The notes under the pieces: model-generated
What the model was told of the DNA's origin: nothing
The model's database searches: none
What the model saw: the letters and a program-made list of their open reading frames with translations, nothing else
Made by a program: the position numbers and the translations under genes
In this document: piece by piece, positions 26,901 to 39,600 of the stretch
Numbering within the stretch: the first letter of the stretch is position 1
Layout: every line of letters begins with the position of its first letter
From: Phoronis australis
Taxonomy: Eukaryota > Animalia > Phoronida
DNA: 64,000 nucleotides
NCBI GenBank assembly: GCA_002633005.1
Contig: NMRA01000032.1
Location: 476,911-540,910, forward strand
Direction: 5' to 3'

Positions 26901-29900
26901 CATCCGTCCGGCGTCCGCTGCTCTATCTCCAAAACGCCTGGACGTATGTTCATGAAATTTTGCACATATGTTCCTTCTGTAGATGGAACCGCATGTGCTA
27001 ACCTTCAGACGGATCCGACTACCGGAGTGCCCTCTAGTGGCAATTATAGATTTTTACGTTTACCTCTGTATCTTCAAAAGTCCTGAACGGATTTTCATAA
27101 AATATGATATATAGGCACCTGTTAGTAAGATGACGCTATCCTCCCGTTTTCAGATGGATTTGGCGTAGTTTGCGCCACCTAGTGGCCATTTTTACTGTTT
27201 TCGAGTCTGTTTTTGCGTCCACCACTCTATCAACTCTAAACCGCTCAAATGATGATTGTGAAAATTGGAATGTATGTTCTTACTATAAAGTGGACGGCTG
27301 ACGATGATATTCCGACGACTTCGACTACTGTGGCGCCTTCTAGTGACAGTTTTGTTTTTGTTGCGCCTATGGCTGTATCCCCTAAATCGTTTGCAGGATC
27401 TTTACTAAATTTTGTAAGAGTATTTATATGATCTTAATAACGGAGGACGACGACTTTCAGAAAGATCTGACTTCTGGTGGGCCATCTAGTGGCAATTTTA
27501 TCTTTTTACGTTTACCTCTGTAAGTTCAAAGGTCCTCAAGGAATTTTCATAAAATTTGGCATACAGGCATCTGCTAATGAGATGACGCTATCTCTCCGTT
27601 TTCAGATGGATTCAACCTAGTTTTGCGCCGCTTATAGTGGCCATTTTTACTGTTTTCGAGTTTTTTGGCGTCCACTCGTCTATTAACAAAACCGCTTTCA
27701 GGACAATTGTGAAAATTTGCATGTATGTTCTTACTATTAAGTGGACGGCTGATGACGATTTTCCGATGAGTTCGACTACTGTAGCGCCTCCTAGTGGTAG
27801 CTTTGTTTTTTGTGCTCATGGCTGTATCTATTAAACTGTTTGCAGGATCTTTACTTAATTTAGCAAGTGTATTTATATAATGTTGGCAATGGTTGTCGAC
27901 GACTTTCGGACGAATTTGACTAGTGGTGTGCCACCTTGTGGCAATTTTAGTTTTTTACGTTTACCAGTCTGTATCTTCAAAGGTCCTCAACAGATTTTTA
28001 TAAAATTTTGAATATAGGCATCTGTTGGTGAGATGACGCTATCATCCTGATTTTGGATGAAATCGAGATATTTTTCCCCACCTGGTGGCCATTTTTGGTG
28101 TTTTCAAATCTTGTTTTTAGCGTCCAACCCCGATCAACCAAATCATTCCAGGTATGATTTTGAAAATTGGCGTATATGTTTTCAGTGTGAAGAGCACGTT
28201 TGATGATAGCGACTGACTACTGCGGCGCATCCTAGTCGTAGTTTTGTTTTTTGTTTTGCGCCCATAGCTGTATATCCAAAACCCCCCACTGCAGGATCTT
28301 TATTAAATTTAGTAAGTGAATTTATATGAAGATAACAGACGACGACTTTCAGGCGGATGGAACGGACGCTGTGCCCACAATTGTGGCAATTTCATTTTGT
28401 TGTGTTTTCCTTTGTTTCTCTGAAGTTCCTTGACAGATTATTTATGGAATATGGCATGTTCCCGTTTTTGGCTGGATTGTGTACTTTTGCGCTTTCTTGT
28501 GGCCATTTTTATGATACAAATAAATAGACCTAAACGCAAATCCTTTGCGATGCATTCGTGGGCGCATTTCAACACTCCGCGTTGCTCTTGTTATTAATTG
28601 CATCACAGAAATTAATCTGTCTTCGAATCAAAATACATCATTTTTGAAGTAATTTACACCTAAATTGCTGCAATATACCGTTAGCTTTCATTTTTATATC
28701 ATATTGCAGAAATATGTTATATTACTCGTCGTATTCAGGCGATTTCCGTAAAAGTGTGTCAGAATTCTGACACTTGATTTCCCATAACCAAGCCTCAAAT
28801 GGCTAAACCAATCAGCGCCATCTTGAGGCTTGGGGACGAGGCTGCTGTACTACTTCACTGTTTTTATTTTCATTAGTTCACTCACTTGCCACAAGTACAA
28901 AAGAACTACAAGATAGAAACGAAACGTAGAACAAATTAAGTGGAAATGTGACAAAAAGATAGACTAAAATTAGAAACATTGTGTTTCGTGTGAATGACAC
29001 ATACAGCACAGTAACAGTTGTGGTGGAAATCATATAGATATTAAAGTTATGTTGATCATTGTTTTGGAAATACGGCTATTACGTTGGGACATCTCACGCC
29101 AGACAAAGGCGAATGTTTTTGACCCACCTATGTAACTCTCAATGTAATTCTAATTATCATTAAAATAATACGTCAATACTCATTATAATTCTTAACATCA
29201 TGACAAGAAGACATCATATTGTAAACGAAAACGAGTTTGCACCCATTGTTTATTGTAACCTCTATTTTCTAACGTGAAATAAAAATATTCAAATCTGTGA
29301 AATTAGAAAAGTACAAGGTCAGGTGAAAAGCACAAGGTCAGGTATCATTCAAACGTTTCTCGATTTCAGCATGTGGTGATCTATTCACGGATCTTACCGG
29401 TACAATCACAACGCCATATTACCCCAAGTCTTATGGGAATTCCAGAGATTGCAACTGGCTTATACAGGTATCACTCTAAGTCAATGCCACATTTTACATT
29501 GCTCATGTCCCAAGTTAGAAACAACAATGTCTTCATAAAAAATAAGTAAAACGTAAAATGAAAACGCCGTGGAGGACGACAACAAAGACGGTGACACTAA
29601 AGACGACATCCAAGACGACATTGAAGACCACGAGCCTGTTTCAAGAAACTGGCTTAAGTTCATTTTTGACTTAAGTTTAAAATTTGTCACATTCGGCAAG
29701 TTAGTCAAAATTAAGACAAAATTTATGTCAAACACTTAAGTCAAACTTAAGATGTCTTTATTGAATTAGTTTTGAGACAAAATTAACTTTTATTTTAAAA
29801 TTTACTAAACTTTAAGACTTGTCTTAGCTAAATCAGTTTTGTTGGAACGGGCCACACGTCTTCACCTACGGTACTGGCAACAACGCTGATGACATTGATG

Positions 29901-32900
29901 GTAGCAACTTATGCATAATGTTGCAAACGCGTGACGCGACCCATTCAGGTACCAAGTTTCATTAGAGGAAACCGTCTCAGGACGCCGGAGCAATGGTTCT
30001 GTAAAGAGAATTCTGAAAATGACCGTCAAAACGTTGCCTTGTGTCATATTTTGAATAAAAGTCTCGCGATACTGAGTAGTAATTACGTAGTATGATTGTG
30101 CAACTTTCATATCGTTCGAACAAATAATAAGCTTATAAGATCTTTGTCGTGCAAATAACAAGAAGTCCAGAACTATTGTTGGTCTAACCCCTGGACGACT
30201 ACTGCTATTTAGCCCTGAGACACTTATGTACAACGTATCTTTGTCATCGTTAAATCTCAAATAACCTGAAAACGGCAAGTCGGTACGAGAAACGGATGAC
30301 AAAACTGTGGTACCTCTTGACGGATCTATTCACATTCCAAGTTTCAAGTTGTCGATTCTTAGGTATATACTGCGCATTTTAAGGTAATTTTGAGGTAATT
30401 TACATTCATTTCCATTTTGCACTGTATCCGATATTTTTAATTTTCCATAAAATCTAGGGACCTCCCAGATCCACCATTACGCTTACATTTGATGACTTTG
30501 AAATTGAGGATGACTCGGAGTGTCACTGGGATTATTTGGAGATAAGGTCACATGGCCCACACCATGGTGGACCAAGGTATGTGGAACAATGTTACAGATA
30601 ACAGCTCGGTAAACCATCTTCTCTAATGCAACCTGTACCCGGTTGCATGAGGTGTTTGAAAATCGCTTGAGCGTTAGAAAACACAACATTCTCGGTCAAT
30701 GTTTCAAAGCGTTCTATTCACTTCCCACAATTCATCAGCGTTTTGCAATGAACCAATCAGATATTGCTAACATTAGAACTCATGAATATTACTAACATGT
30801 AGGTAAGTTTACAATTCAACAAAACATGTCACTAAAGTAGTTCAAACAGAAGTGAAGCGAACATCGGTAAACATGAGTAATATTTAACTTGAAGTAGTCC
30901 TTACCAGGGACTCAACTAAGGTCCCTAAATCTTTTGCATATTTGTCTTGTTCTTTACTCAGGGAATGTTATATTTTCTATCGTTTTAACTTTATTATGAG
31001 TTCCTCTTTGACTATTGAAATTTTCTAATAATGCAACTCAACTCATTGAACTATATATAGGGCTAGGAGCATTGCATGAAAAGATCCCTACTAATTTTCA
31101 ACGATATTGAAAATTCAATGTAGAAATCAATCTCGCTTTGTATCAAAGCCAAAAATTGACTTAATAATGAAACTAAAATAATTTAAGAAATGACATTCAG
31201 TGTTTTCACATGTCCACAAGCATGCATTAGATTTAGGGACCTTAGTTGAGTCCTTATTTGGGACTGTTTCATGCAACATGGCACTGGAGTCTTATCTTTC
31301 GTAGAAATTGAGTTCAAACTTAAAGTAACAATATTGCTGAAAAAAGTTCTTTTTCTTTGACAAGGCTCAGCGCAGAATCGAACCCGAAACACTCTCGTCG
31401 CAGCCAAACCGAGATTAGAAACTTTTTGGTAAACACTGCGCATATTTCAAAAACCGTGATTTTTATGATTTTTCTGGAAATTTTCTCACATTGGAAAGTG
31501 AATTACTTTGTACTAGACGTTGCTTTTGTCAGGAATTACTTGATGGATATTTTTGACGAGCTTTTGCGTTCCATGCTTCTTTAATGGGTGATGATTTCAA
31601 GGTAAAGAATATTTACCATGGAAATCTTTGACCTCCATGTTGTGTCTATTGCGTCTTTGTCAGTGGGACGGTCTCCCACCAGGTGTCGTTGGCAGTGCTA
31701 AAATAGGTTTGTAGGCAGACGGCAGATTCATACTAAAAGTAAGAACATTCAATGAACAGAGACGACGGAGTATGCCGACACAAAGACTGTGCAATATTAT
31801 TTTGGCCTCCCACCTGGCGGAGAACGTCACACTGACGAAGATCTCGTAGACACAATATGAAGGTCGAAATATTACTTTCTCTCCGATGTTTTTATGATGA
31901 AATCACCCGCTTCTTGATCGCACGACAGCGTAATTATTACAGTAGTAATCAATTTTGTATACTAATTTGTGTTTGGAAGAGTTAGGAGATGAAGAATTCA
32001 AATCGTTCTCAGTATACTGTATATGTCAAAGTTTCTCTTACTAAAAATAATCAAGTTTTTTATGTAAGTGAATTTCTTATTGTCAGGGTTCTGTCTTTGC
32101 AGAATCTGCGGCAAAGGTCCGCATAACACTGTTGTGTATAATGGCACAACACTGGCACTACAGTTTCATTCCGACGACAGTGGCGATTACAAAGGGTTCA
32201 AGATTTCCTACACAATCAACAGTAGCGGTACAGGTAAAAATTAATTTTTTAAAGTCAAAGCTGAGATCTCAAAGTTTTTATATAATTTTGTCATTGTACT
32301 TTTCCCCACATTTTCCCATTAAGTCATATAAAATCACCGTACGGTCGAAAAAGTTACCCTTACTCTGCAAGGGCCCATTGATGAGAAAATGTAACTAAGC
32401 ATTGGCCTAACTTTCATGTAGGTGTTGAGAATTAATTATTAGTGACTTTGCGCTTGACACCGATTCTCTCGTCATAGCCAACCCTTACTCCCACCCCTTT
32501 GCCCTCCACGGTCATTGACGGTACATTACAATCCAGACAACCTCATTTATGAGTTCCTTACACCATAGACTATAGTACACTGTACATGTACATGGACCGC
32601 TAACTCCTATACTTTCAATGGACGAAATCTGAAGTCTTACACACAAGCCGTTACGTCATTATTCACTAGCGACACCTGGTCAAATTATCTGGTATTATTT
32701 CCAGAAAGTACGTCGTCTGCTTATCATGGTCGGTCGAATGTTGTGTGGTCGGGTGGTAGCAGCATTGCTAAAAGTACTCACGATACACAAGGAGCGCTAT
32801 TCGTCATCACTAAACATCCGCGCACACGCTCCTTGCGGAGAAGTGAAATGTCTGTTTTTTTGTCTTTTGACTTAAACCAAATGCCAATAATTGGAATACG

Positions 32901-33528
32901 ATCAATAGCCAAACACTGATTTATGCCATTAGTGTTTCTTGAAACGCGATTCTTCTGTCTGTTCTAGACGTCGGTTTCAGAGACAGGTTTTCTGACTTCC
33001 AACCTTAGTCTGATTTTCGTGAAATAAGCTACCCGTAGACTGATTTTTGTAAAAATTCAAAACACAAAGTCAGTAGACATTTCTGGAAACACCTGGCTCC
33101 ATGTGACAACAATGTTTTTGCAACAGTCTTCGCACTATTTACGAGTTACGTGTTGTTTGTCGATTGGACGAGTCACACGTCATGTAGCTCGCCAACAAAC
33201 AGACCACGTCAACGCATAAACGGCCTAATGAAATCAAATAACTAAACCTAAAATGTACGGTTGACAATTAAAATAACAGGATACCTACATGTATCTTGCG
33301 TTACTACAATCGAATAATCCAAGCACATGTCTATGCACCTGAATGTTTTTCTCTGCAGTCAATGGTGGGTGGTCCGACTGGAATCCATGGACAAAATGTT
33401 CTAAACCATGTGGAACTGGTCTAAAGCTGAGACAGCGTTACTGTAACAACCCGGCTCCGGCGAATGGCGGTCAGAAGTGCAATGGAGACGACTTAGACTT
33501 CGCCACGTGTAATGTGGCAAATTGTTGA
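11910..33528 (+). CDS. Astacin-family (M12A) zinc metalloprotease, paralog 1: signal-propeptide-astacin-EGF-CUB-TSP1, ~522 aa, 12 exons
   Basis: Exons 11910-11978 (MKVTISLVLALTAVGMVLPAPAK), 12139-12228, 15614-15842 (LESDM; KKRK|AI..RWP), 17933-18071, 20159-20228 (GCYSDVG), 21028-21231 (HELMHTLGFYHEQSRYDRD, SIMHY), 25696-25825 (IGQR..MYSC), 26390-26509 (EGF), 29370-29467, 30458-30576 and 32103-32233 (CUB), 33359-33528 (TSP1 WSDWNPWTKCSKPCG). All introns are GT-AG with compatible phases; the joined frame is open, 1569 nt. Confidence 0.93.
13800..14142. mobile_element. Small TIR element (AGTTATGTAGAACC...GGTTCTACATAAC), Kolobok-like TTAA MITE
   Basis: TTAA at the left end and a ~13-bp TIR. Internal gttcacgtgacccaattaat is shared with a second copy at 34926-35387. 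Confidence 0.5.
14610..14750 (-). mobile_element. tRNA-derived SINE
   Basis: Minus strand shows A box tggcctggttg and B box ggttcgagtcc, then a cccttgagccagg body. No intact cloverleaf. Confidence 0.6.
21470..24325. mobile_element. ~2.86 kb non-autonomous DNA transposon, CAGG...CCTG termini, 5-bp TSD (hAT5-like)
   Basis: TIR cagggccgtaggaag / cttcctacgggcctg. CACTA is duplicated at 21465-21469 and 24326-24330. The paralogous intron of gene 2 (~47910-47940) has a single cacta empty site. Confidence 0.75.
23227..23756. repeat. Tandem duplication, 2 x 265 bp
   Basis: Units 23227-23491 and 23492-23756 are nearly identical; this explains the twin 65-aa ORFs at 23291 and 23556. Confidence 0.9.
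24705..25132. mobile_element. Probable Harbinger-like MITE with internal catacgaacc repeats
   Basis: Right end ctctttcatgaaacgggcccctg; left end degenerate (cgcctgctttcaataaaga). Confidence 0.4.
26817..28592 (+). mobile_element. Helentron-associated interspersed element (HINE/DINE-1-like) with internal satellite
   Basis: T-run, subTIR atgctcccac, its partner gtggacgcat, a (GTCC/GTCT)n microsatellite, ~150-bp tandem monomers, 3' subTIR gtgggcgcat, small hairpin caac..gttg, and a ctcttgtt end. Confidence 0.8.
29632..29854. mobile_element. ~220-bp Harbinger-like MITE, 3-bp TSD CAC
   Basis: gagcctgtttcaagaaactggcttaag / cttagctaaatcagttttgttggaacgggcc, with cac on both sides. Absent from the paralogous site near 56210-56225. 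Confidence 0.65.
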
Positions 33529-34464
33529 AACAAAAGTTCTTTTGCGAGTTTATAACAATAACGCGAGATTATGTGAGACTTAACTGTGACATCACGGGAA
33601 GTGGGGCAAAAGCTTCTCGTTATGCCATTTGCCCAATACGCTAGCAGATTGTATCCTATTGATTACTTCGAGTACTTAACCGTTTAGTTCAAAAAATGTC
33701 AAACAAGCATTGCTGTTACGGCAAATGAAATTCAGATTCGTACTACAATACGTTCTATCGCGTTCGTACTAATTTCGTCCCATGTATTTTATAAACGGGC
33801 GGTAGACGAAATCCGCTCACTGGTTAAGTTTTCACCTCGTCAAAAATACATTCTACACCTAAAATTATCACCTAAAGAGGCGCTTATTTTCTTCAGTGAT
33901 CCTTTCTGCTTCTAAACATATCTTCGATGAAGCATAGCTACGGGAATTTATGTGACTTTTGCGAAAAATTCCAACTCCACTTTGTGATTACTGGGAACTT
34001 TGACCGCACGCGCGATAACCACAAAAGTATTTCATCTGAGTCAGGTGAATATGAGCCAAAGGCTAGCACGAGACTGAGCTAATCGCCTGACCGTGACAAT
34101 TGCAAAATAACATGAAAAAATATCAAGAGAATTTTTTAAGATTTGTGTCCCTTGGACTTTTTGTTCGTCAACAGGCGTGATTTCATGTAACTTCCTCAAA
34201 ATGGCGCCCGGTGAGAGAAAGTCGAGCGAATCGCGATGTTTTCATGGATATGTTCAAGTTATTTGTAGGCTTAATTATATCCAGAGTCAGGGTATGTTTT
34301 AATTATAACTCCATGTGCACATATGTATGTTTCATTTGATTTTGTTTGCTGTATTTTGAAGTGAGTAACTTTTATGGGGATATACTATCGCCCCATGTAT
34401 GCCTGCGGCATTCAGACCTAGACGGGGTTGAGTTCCAAATTCAGCCCGTTCACAGCTTCGCACA

Positions 34465-34662
34465 ACATAACAAGTTCAGATTTTCTTCGTCCATTCACGG
34501 TTATTCCGCGATCCATCTACCATCTCTTAAGTTGTGTTAACGTTTTAAGCGTAAAATTCACCATAAGAACTCCAGTTAGATTTAGCGTGTGTAGCAAAGA
34601 CTCGGGACAAAACAAGAGCAACATGGCGGGTTTTGCCCTTCTTCCGGTGACGTCACATTGAC
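34465..34662. repeat. Dispersed repeat, inverted copy at ~47663-47860
   Basis: ..ctcttaagttgtgttaacgttttaagcgtaaa..ccggtgacgtcacattgact reads as the reverse complement of the 47663-47860 segment. Confidence 0.7.
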
Positions 34663-34925
34663 TAACTAGAAACTCGCAAGTGAGCTATTGCGAAGCTAGG
34701 TCTGATCGAGCGATGTGTGACAGGAAATTGTGCTCAAATAATGCTTGACCGATAATGACTTTGAAGGCTGCATCGTGTTTGAGTTGTTGTTGTTTTCATG
34801 TATTATGCTTGAATTACATTGCAAATTGTAAAAGTATCAGTTATTATCGTTTTTATCAATTTGTATATTTTAAACAAAACACTTTTAAATGTTCTGGCTG
34901 TTAGAATAGCCATACAAATCAATAA

Positions 34926-35387
34926 AGTTTGTAGGACCCTAGAAAGTTGTCCAAATTTGGCTGACTTTGGAAGATCATATCCCAGGAACTTATTAACACG
35001 AAACTTTCACACACTTAACTTTATACTCTGTTCCTCAACGCTGTCAGGATTTGTTTTTCAATGTTACAATTTTTCATCAAAATTAGAACTCAAAAGGTGC
35101 ATGAAACGAAAACGAAATGATAATGTAAAAAACTGCAACAGCACTTTTGAGATTCCATGGTAAAATTTATTCCGAAGAAAATTTCGGTGTTTTATTGTTA
35201 CTCCTGTTTTGTTATGAATATGCTTTCCCTTTACCTAAATTTTACCAAATGGACATGGTCACGTGACCCCATTAATGACAGTATGGCTTTCTACGTTCAG
35301 AAAATATACATATACATTTACTGAGCCAATATCTATAGTTTTCTGGATGTATTGCTAACTAAACAGGACGACAGGTTCTACATGGTC
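34926..35387. mobile_element. Second copy of the TGTAGAACC/GGTTCTACA Kolobok-like MITE
   Basis: agtttgtaggaccc...ggttctacatggtc|ttaa, with internal similarity to 13800-14142. Confidence 0.5.
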
Positions 35388-35849
35388 TTAATTCGAAGAA
35401 AACTAGACACCAGCCTTTAAGGGTGTTTAATGTGTGCCCTAGCTTTCATTTCAATTTCATTCTATCCATGCTATCAATTTATCTGTAAATGTTATATATC
35501 AATAAATTTAATGTAAACATATGTAACTGTTCATAGTGCAGCTGATGCATTAACTCATGCCTGAACATATCACAGTATATATTCAAAGTAAACTTTTGGA
35601 AATTTTCCCACTAATACAATTTTCATTAGACTCGTAAGGATTGCGGTGACATTTTTACACTAGAATAAGACGCGTGAACGGTGACGCATCCGAGTTAGAT
35701 AGGCGTTTTTAGCCACAGTTGCTCGATTCGGCCTGTCCTCAATCAATTTCATCAAGATTTCATCACGAGTTCTCGAAAACGGCTAGCTGGATTTCATCGA
35801 AACTTTCCAAACTTAATATTTATTCTTCAATCTTAAATACCCTGATATA

Positions 35850-36285
35850 AAGACTTAGTTTTTTGGTTGAGATGGAACGATATCACAAAATTAAAAGAGA
35901 GAAGAAAATACTCCTTTGTTGTGAGATGAGACAAACTGAGAGTCAATACCATTTTATGTTAGTAGCCTATGTTCTTTGTATATGGACCTACGACGTTAAT
36001 ATAGCTTTCCAGTTCCGGTAATAGATATACCAATTGTTTTTGGTCGCTTGATGAGTTCACGTGATGTATTTTATGTCATAACCAATACAGCCAAGTTCCT
36101 AGTCCATGCAGAAAAACGGTGATGTATTGTATTACATGATTAATTGTAGTTTTCGTTTTGTGCTTTTTTCGTCTTTGCATTTTGTTTAAACGAGCACGTG
36201 TGTGTGCCTCCGTGCTTGCGTGAGTGCGTGTTTATTTCTGTAAAAATAGGGGCCGATGGCCTAATTACACTGAATAAATCACTAA
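35850..36285 (+). mobile_element. Degraded 3' end of a non-LTR retrotransposon (C-terminal Cys/His domain plus 3'UTR)
   Basis: Translates LVEMERYHKIKREKKILLCCEMRQTESQYHFML..CSLYMDLR across a frameshift, resembling the LxxExGRY..R.C..C..E..HF..C..Y.DLR LINE tail. Ends near aataaa. Confidence 0.5.
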
Positions 36286-36569
36286 GTTAACACGAAATGT
36301 CGTGTAGTCTCTTGCAAACTTTATATCTTAGAGCAATGCTATTGACCCGGCACAGAGCTTTACATCTTGACTACGGCGGCTGTTATCGCAAATTACCTTT
36401 TCTACTTTTGTGATACCCCTTGATTTGCATCTCTCGCAGTCATGCGCTTATTGCGTGATTTGTCGTCAAGCGCTAAAAAAATGTGAAGTCACGTAATACT
36501 CACGAGGTGGCAAAAACCCATGCATCACAAGTCGTCAAAAGGTGACTATAAGGGCACTTCATAGGGCTT

Positions 36570-36576
36570 TATAAAA
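36570..36576 (+). promoter_or_regulatory. Candidate TATA box of astacin paralog 2
   Basis: TATAAAA in a GC-flanked context ~80 nt upstream of the ATG at 36653. Confidence 0.45.
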
Positions 36577-36652
36577 GCCGCCGTTCGGAAGGGAGAACAT
36601 TGTCGCAACTTTTGGATAACCTTGTTAGATGTTATTTTGTACACAAGTGGCA

Positions 36653-39600
36653 ATGAATGTAATAATTCCATTCCTTCTGTGTGTAGCGGCAGTTGCAATG
36701 GTCCTATCAGCGCCGGTAGAGGTAAGGCTTTGTATTACTAAAGTCGAAGCTGAATTTTAAAGTGTAGAAAAACCCATAATATATCGAGCAACAATTGTGT
36801 GCTAATATTTTGTTCTTTGTTAAGATCTGAGCTTTTCTTACGGTATAGTTATCATGATGACTAGATTTTGACATTTGTTTTGGTTTCCAAAGATTTAAAA
36901 CTTCTGCCGTCACAAGACAAATCTATTAGAAAATAATGTTTTAGATAGTGGCAATTAGCGTTATTGAGTTTATCCACCAGTCTAAAGTTTACGTCTCTAA
37001 CAATAAGGGAAGGTGCATCTCATGTAAAAAACCAAACACAATTTTACCTATATTCAGTGAAAGTACTAGAGCGAAGGATGTGCGTGCCTGGATATAGCAG
37101 CTGACTCATATGCAAACAGCTGTAATTTGACAAAAGTATCAGTTATCAAATGAGTGTTTTCGAGAGTAAAATGTTCTTCTGTAACGAGCTTATTAAAATG
37201 TGAAAATTGACGTTACAAGAAAGACTGACACAAGTTTGTTCCATGCAGAATGCGTTCTGTCAGTCTCAGCATTGTGCTTGAAATTACACCTGATCTTAGG
37301 CTCGCGTAGGCCTACGTAAGAACTTGGAATATTCGAGTAAACTTGGCAAGGTCAATCAACAATCGTATCCCCGTTGATAAAAGGTTGCACGTCGCTAAAG
37401 TAAATCGCATGATAATAAAATGTAAGATTTAATCAATTTTTATTCTAATATTTGAGAATTATCGATCATATTTCACGAACAATAATTAATTAATTTGTAT
37501 TCACATATGCCTCTGATTCTGTGACACAAATTCTGGTAATTGAGAAAATGGGTTATTGGAGTCCATTTACCACAAACATTTTTATACTAACCACAGGTTT
37601 CACATGATTTCTTTCATGGACGCGCAATTCTAATCAATTAAGACATGGCAGTGAAAATAACTTCAGTTTAAATTGAGGCGAGAATTTAGCCCTGACATCC
37701 TCGTCATAGCAGTCTTGGGCGAAGTCCACGCTTCAGAGTTATGAGTATGAATGGCCTCGTCGGACAACTCTCACTATTACTGGCCACACTGGCAAGTTGC
37801 TCGCTAATATCATCGGGAATCCGTGCATAACTAGATTACCTGTACACTTCTGTTTCTACAACCTTATACAACACTAGTCATAACCAGCCATATCTTTTTC
37901 ACGTAGAATTTTCGCTGCGTGACGGGAGCTTCGAAATTTGCCTCTTCGGTGATCAGTCAGTGCACTGACAGCCGTATGTCCTGGAATTGAATGTGTCTCA
38001 ACGTCGACGTCACTCACCCCTCATTGGCTTCTGACAAACGACGAAGTACGGAGACACTAGATGATTAATTCTGTCAATAATTAACAGGAGGTGAATGATA
38101 AATAAAACACATTTTTAGAATAATAAAGACTTATAGTTCGCACTTTGTAGAGTTTTTAAAGTAAATTCTTTATGGACTTTAAGGAGCATCACATCAGTGC
38201 TCGCTACGTGGGCTTTTAATGGAAATTCACCATAAAACCTGACACAAGTCCACTAATGTGAGTGCCAAGTGGGTAGCACGGACTACATAAAAACTCAAGC
38301 ATTAATTACCGTAATTTTTAGGGTGGAGTTTTGATGAATAATGCGACATTTTGTTGTATAATGTACAGAAACACAGCAAAGAACATCCCGAGGAAGCAGA
38401 GTCCCCGGATACACTAGAGTCTGACATGAAGCTTACCAGCGACCAGCTGCAGTTTATAAAGGAATCGGTGGTAGACGGTATCGTATCTGAGCAACTGCAG
38501 AGGGGAAAGAGGAAAGCAATTCGCCACGAAAGTAATCGGTGGCCCAAGGCTATTGTACCATACTTTTTCAACAGTTCACTAGGTTAGTATTTTTTCATTT
38601 CACTACAGCGTTTGTAAAAATCAGATCCGTATCTTGCATTAAAATGAAACAGTGAAAACCTGCGCACGGAAAACTCACCTCGCTTCATAGAGCGCTCCAA
38701 CTACAGTATAGTCAGGGGGAGGGGGCTCAAAGAGCTTCATTTTTCCCCTAATCTTTACCCAGAAAACAAGATTGTCGTTCCTCAGACTGAATACACCCAA
38801 ACAATAACCACACCTCTCGTTCTCACCCTAACGGAAACTGTAGTGACTGATCTGTTCCGAGTGTGATTAGTCACTGCGAAGCCTGTGCCAGATAATTGGA
38901 CCGTCCTAACGCCAATGTCAAAGTAGTTTGATGACAGTCTAGCTCTTCTCAGGAAGCGCCGCAGGATAGTTTTGACCAGTTTGCTTCGCTATATGTGTCG
39001 TCATTCCACACTCACAACGGGTTTTTTCAAAGTAGTTAATATCATACCTGGAAGACGGTCGAGACATCTGTGACGACGTTATTGTCATCTCAGACTAACT
39101 GTGATGAATCTTTTCCGGACTTTTTGGAATTTCCACCTGTGCTTAGCATAAATATAAATATGAGAGGATACCGCACTATCGGCACATGTCAAACCGGGGA
39201 CATTTTGCACTCATTTTAGCTGCGACATCACCAAGCAGCACAAATGTAACAAGAGTTATTATACCTGTTGCATAGAATTGCAAGCAATTACGGTTGCGTT
39301 CCGTAGAACAAGGTTCTCGCGAGAAAAGTGAGAACAAGCAAGCGCTCGCGAAATATCGCCATGCATGAGGCGGGATGGCACTTAATAATCTCCCAAGTGT
39401 CTTCAGGCTACGAAAGGGAAACACGATCCATATGTGGTCACTAGGTACTCTTAGCCTATATGTTCTCATGCTGATGTTTTAGTTCTCACTAATTCAGTAG
39501 TTGTATACTGGTTTCAAAAAAGGACTTTTTTCATGGGCAATCAAGCACTACTAAAGATGCCCACGAGATTTCAACCTCACACCAAGGGTATGAATAGTTT

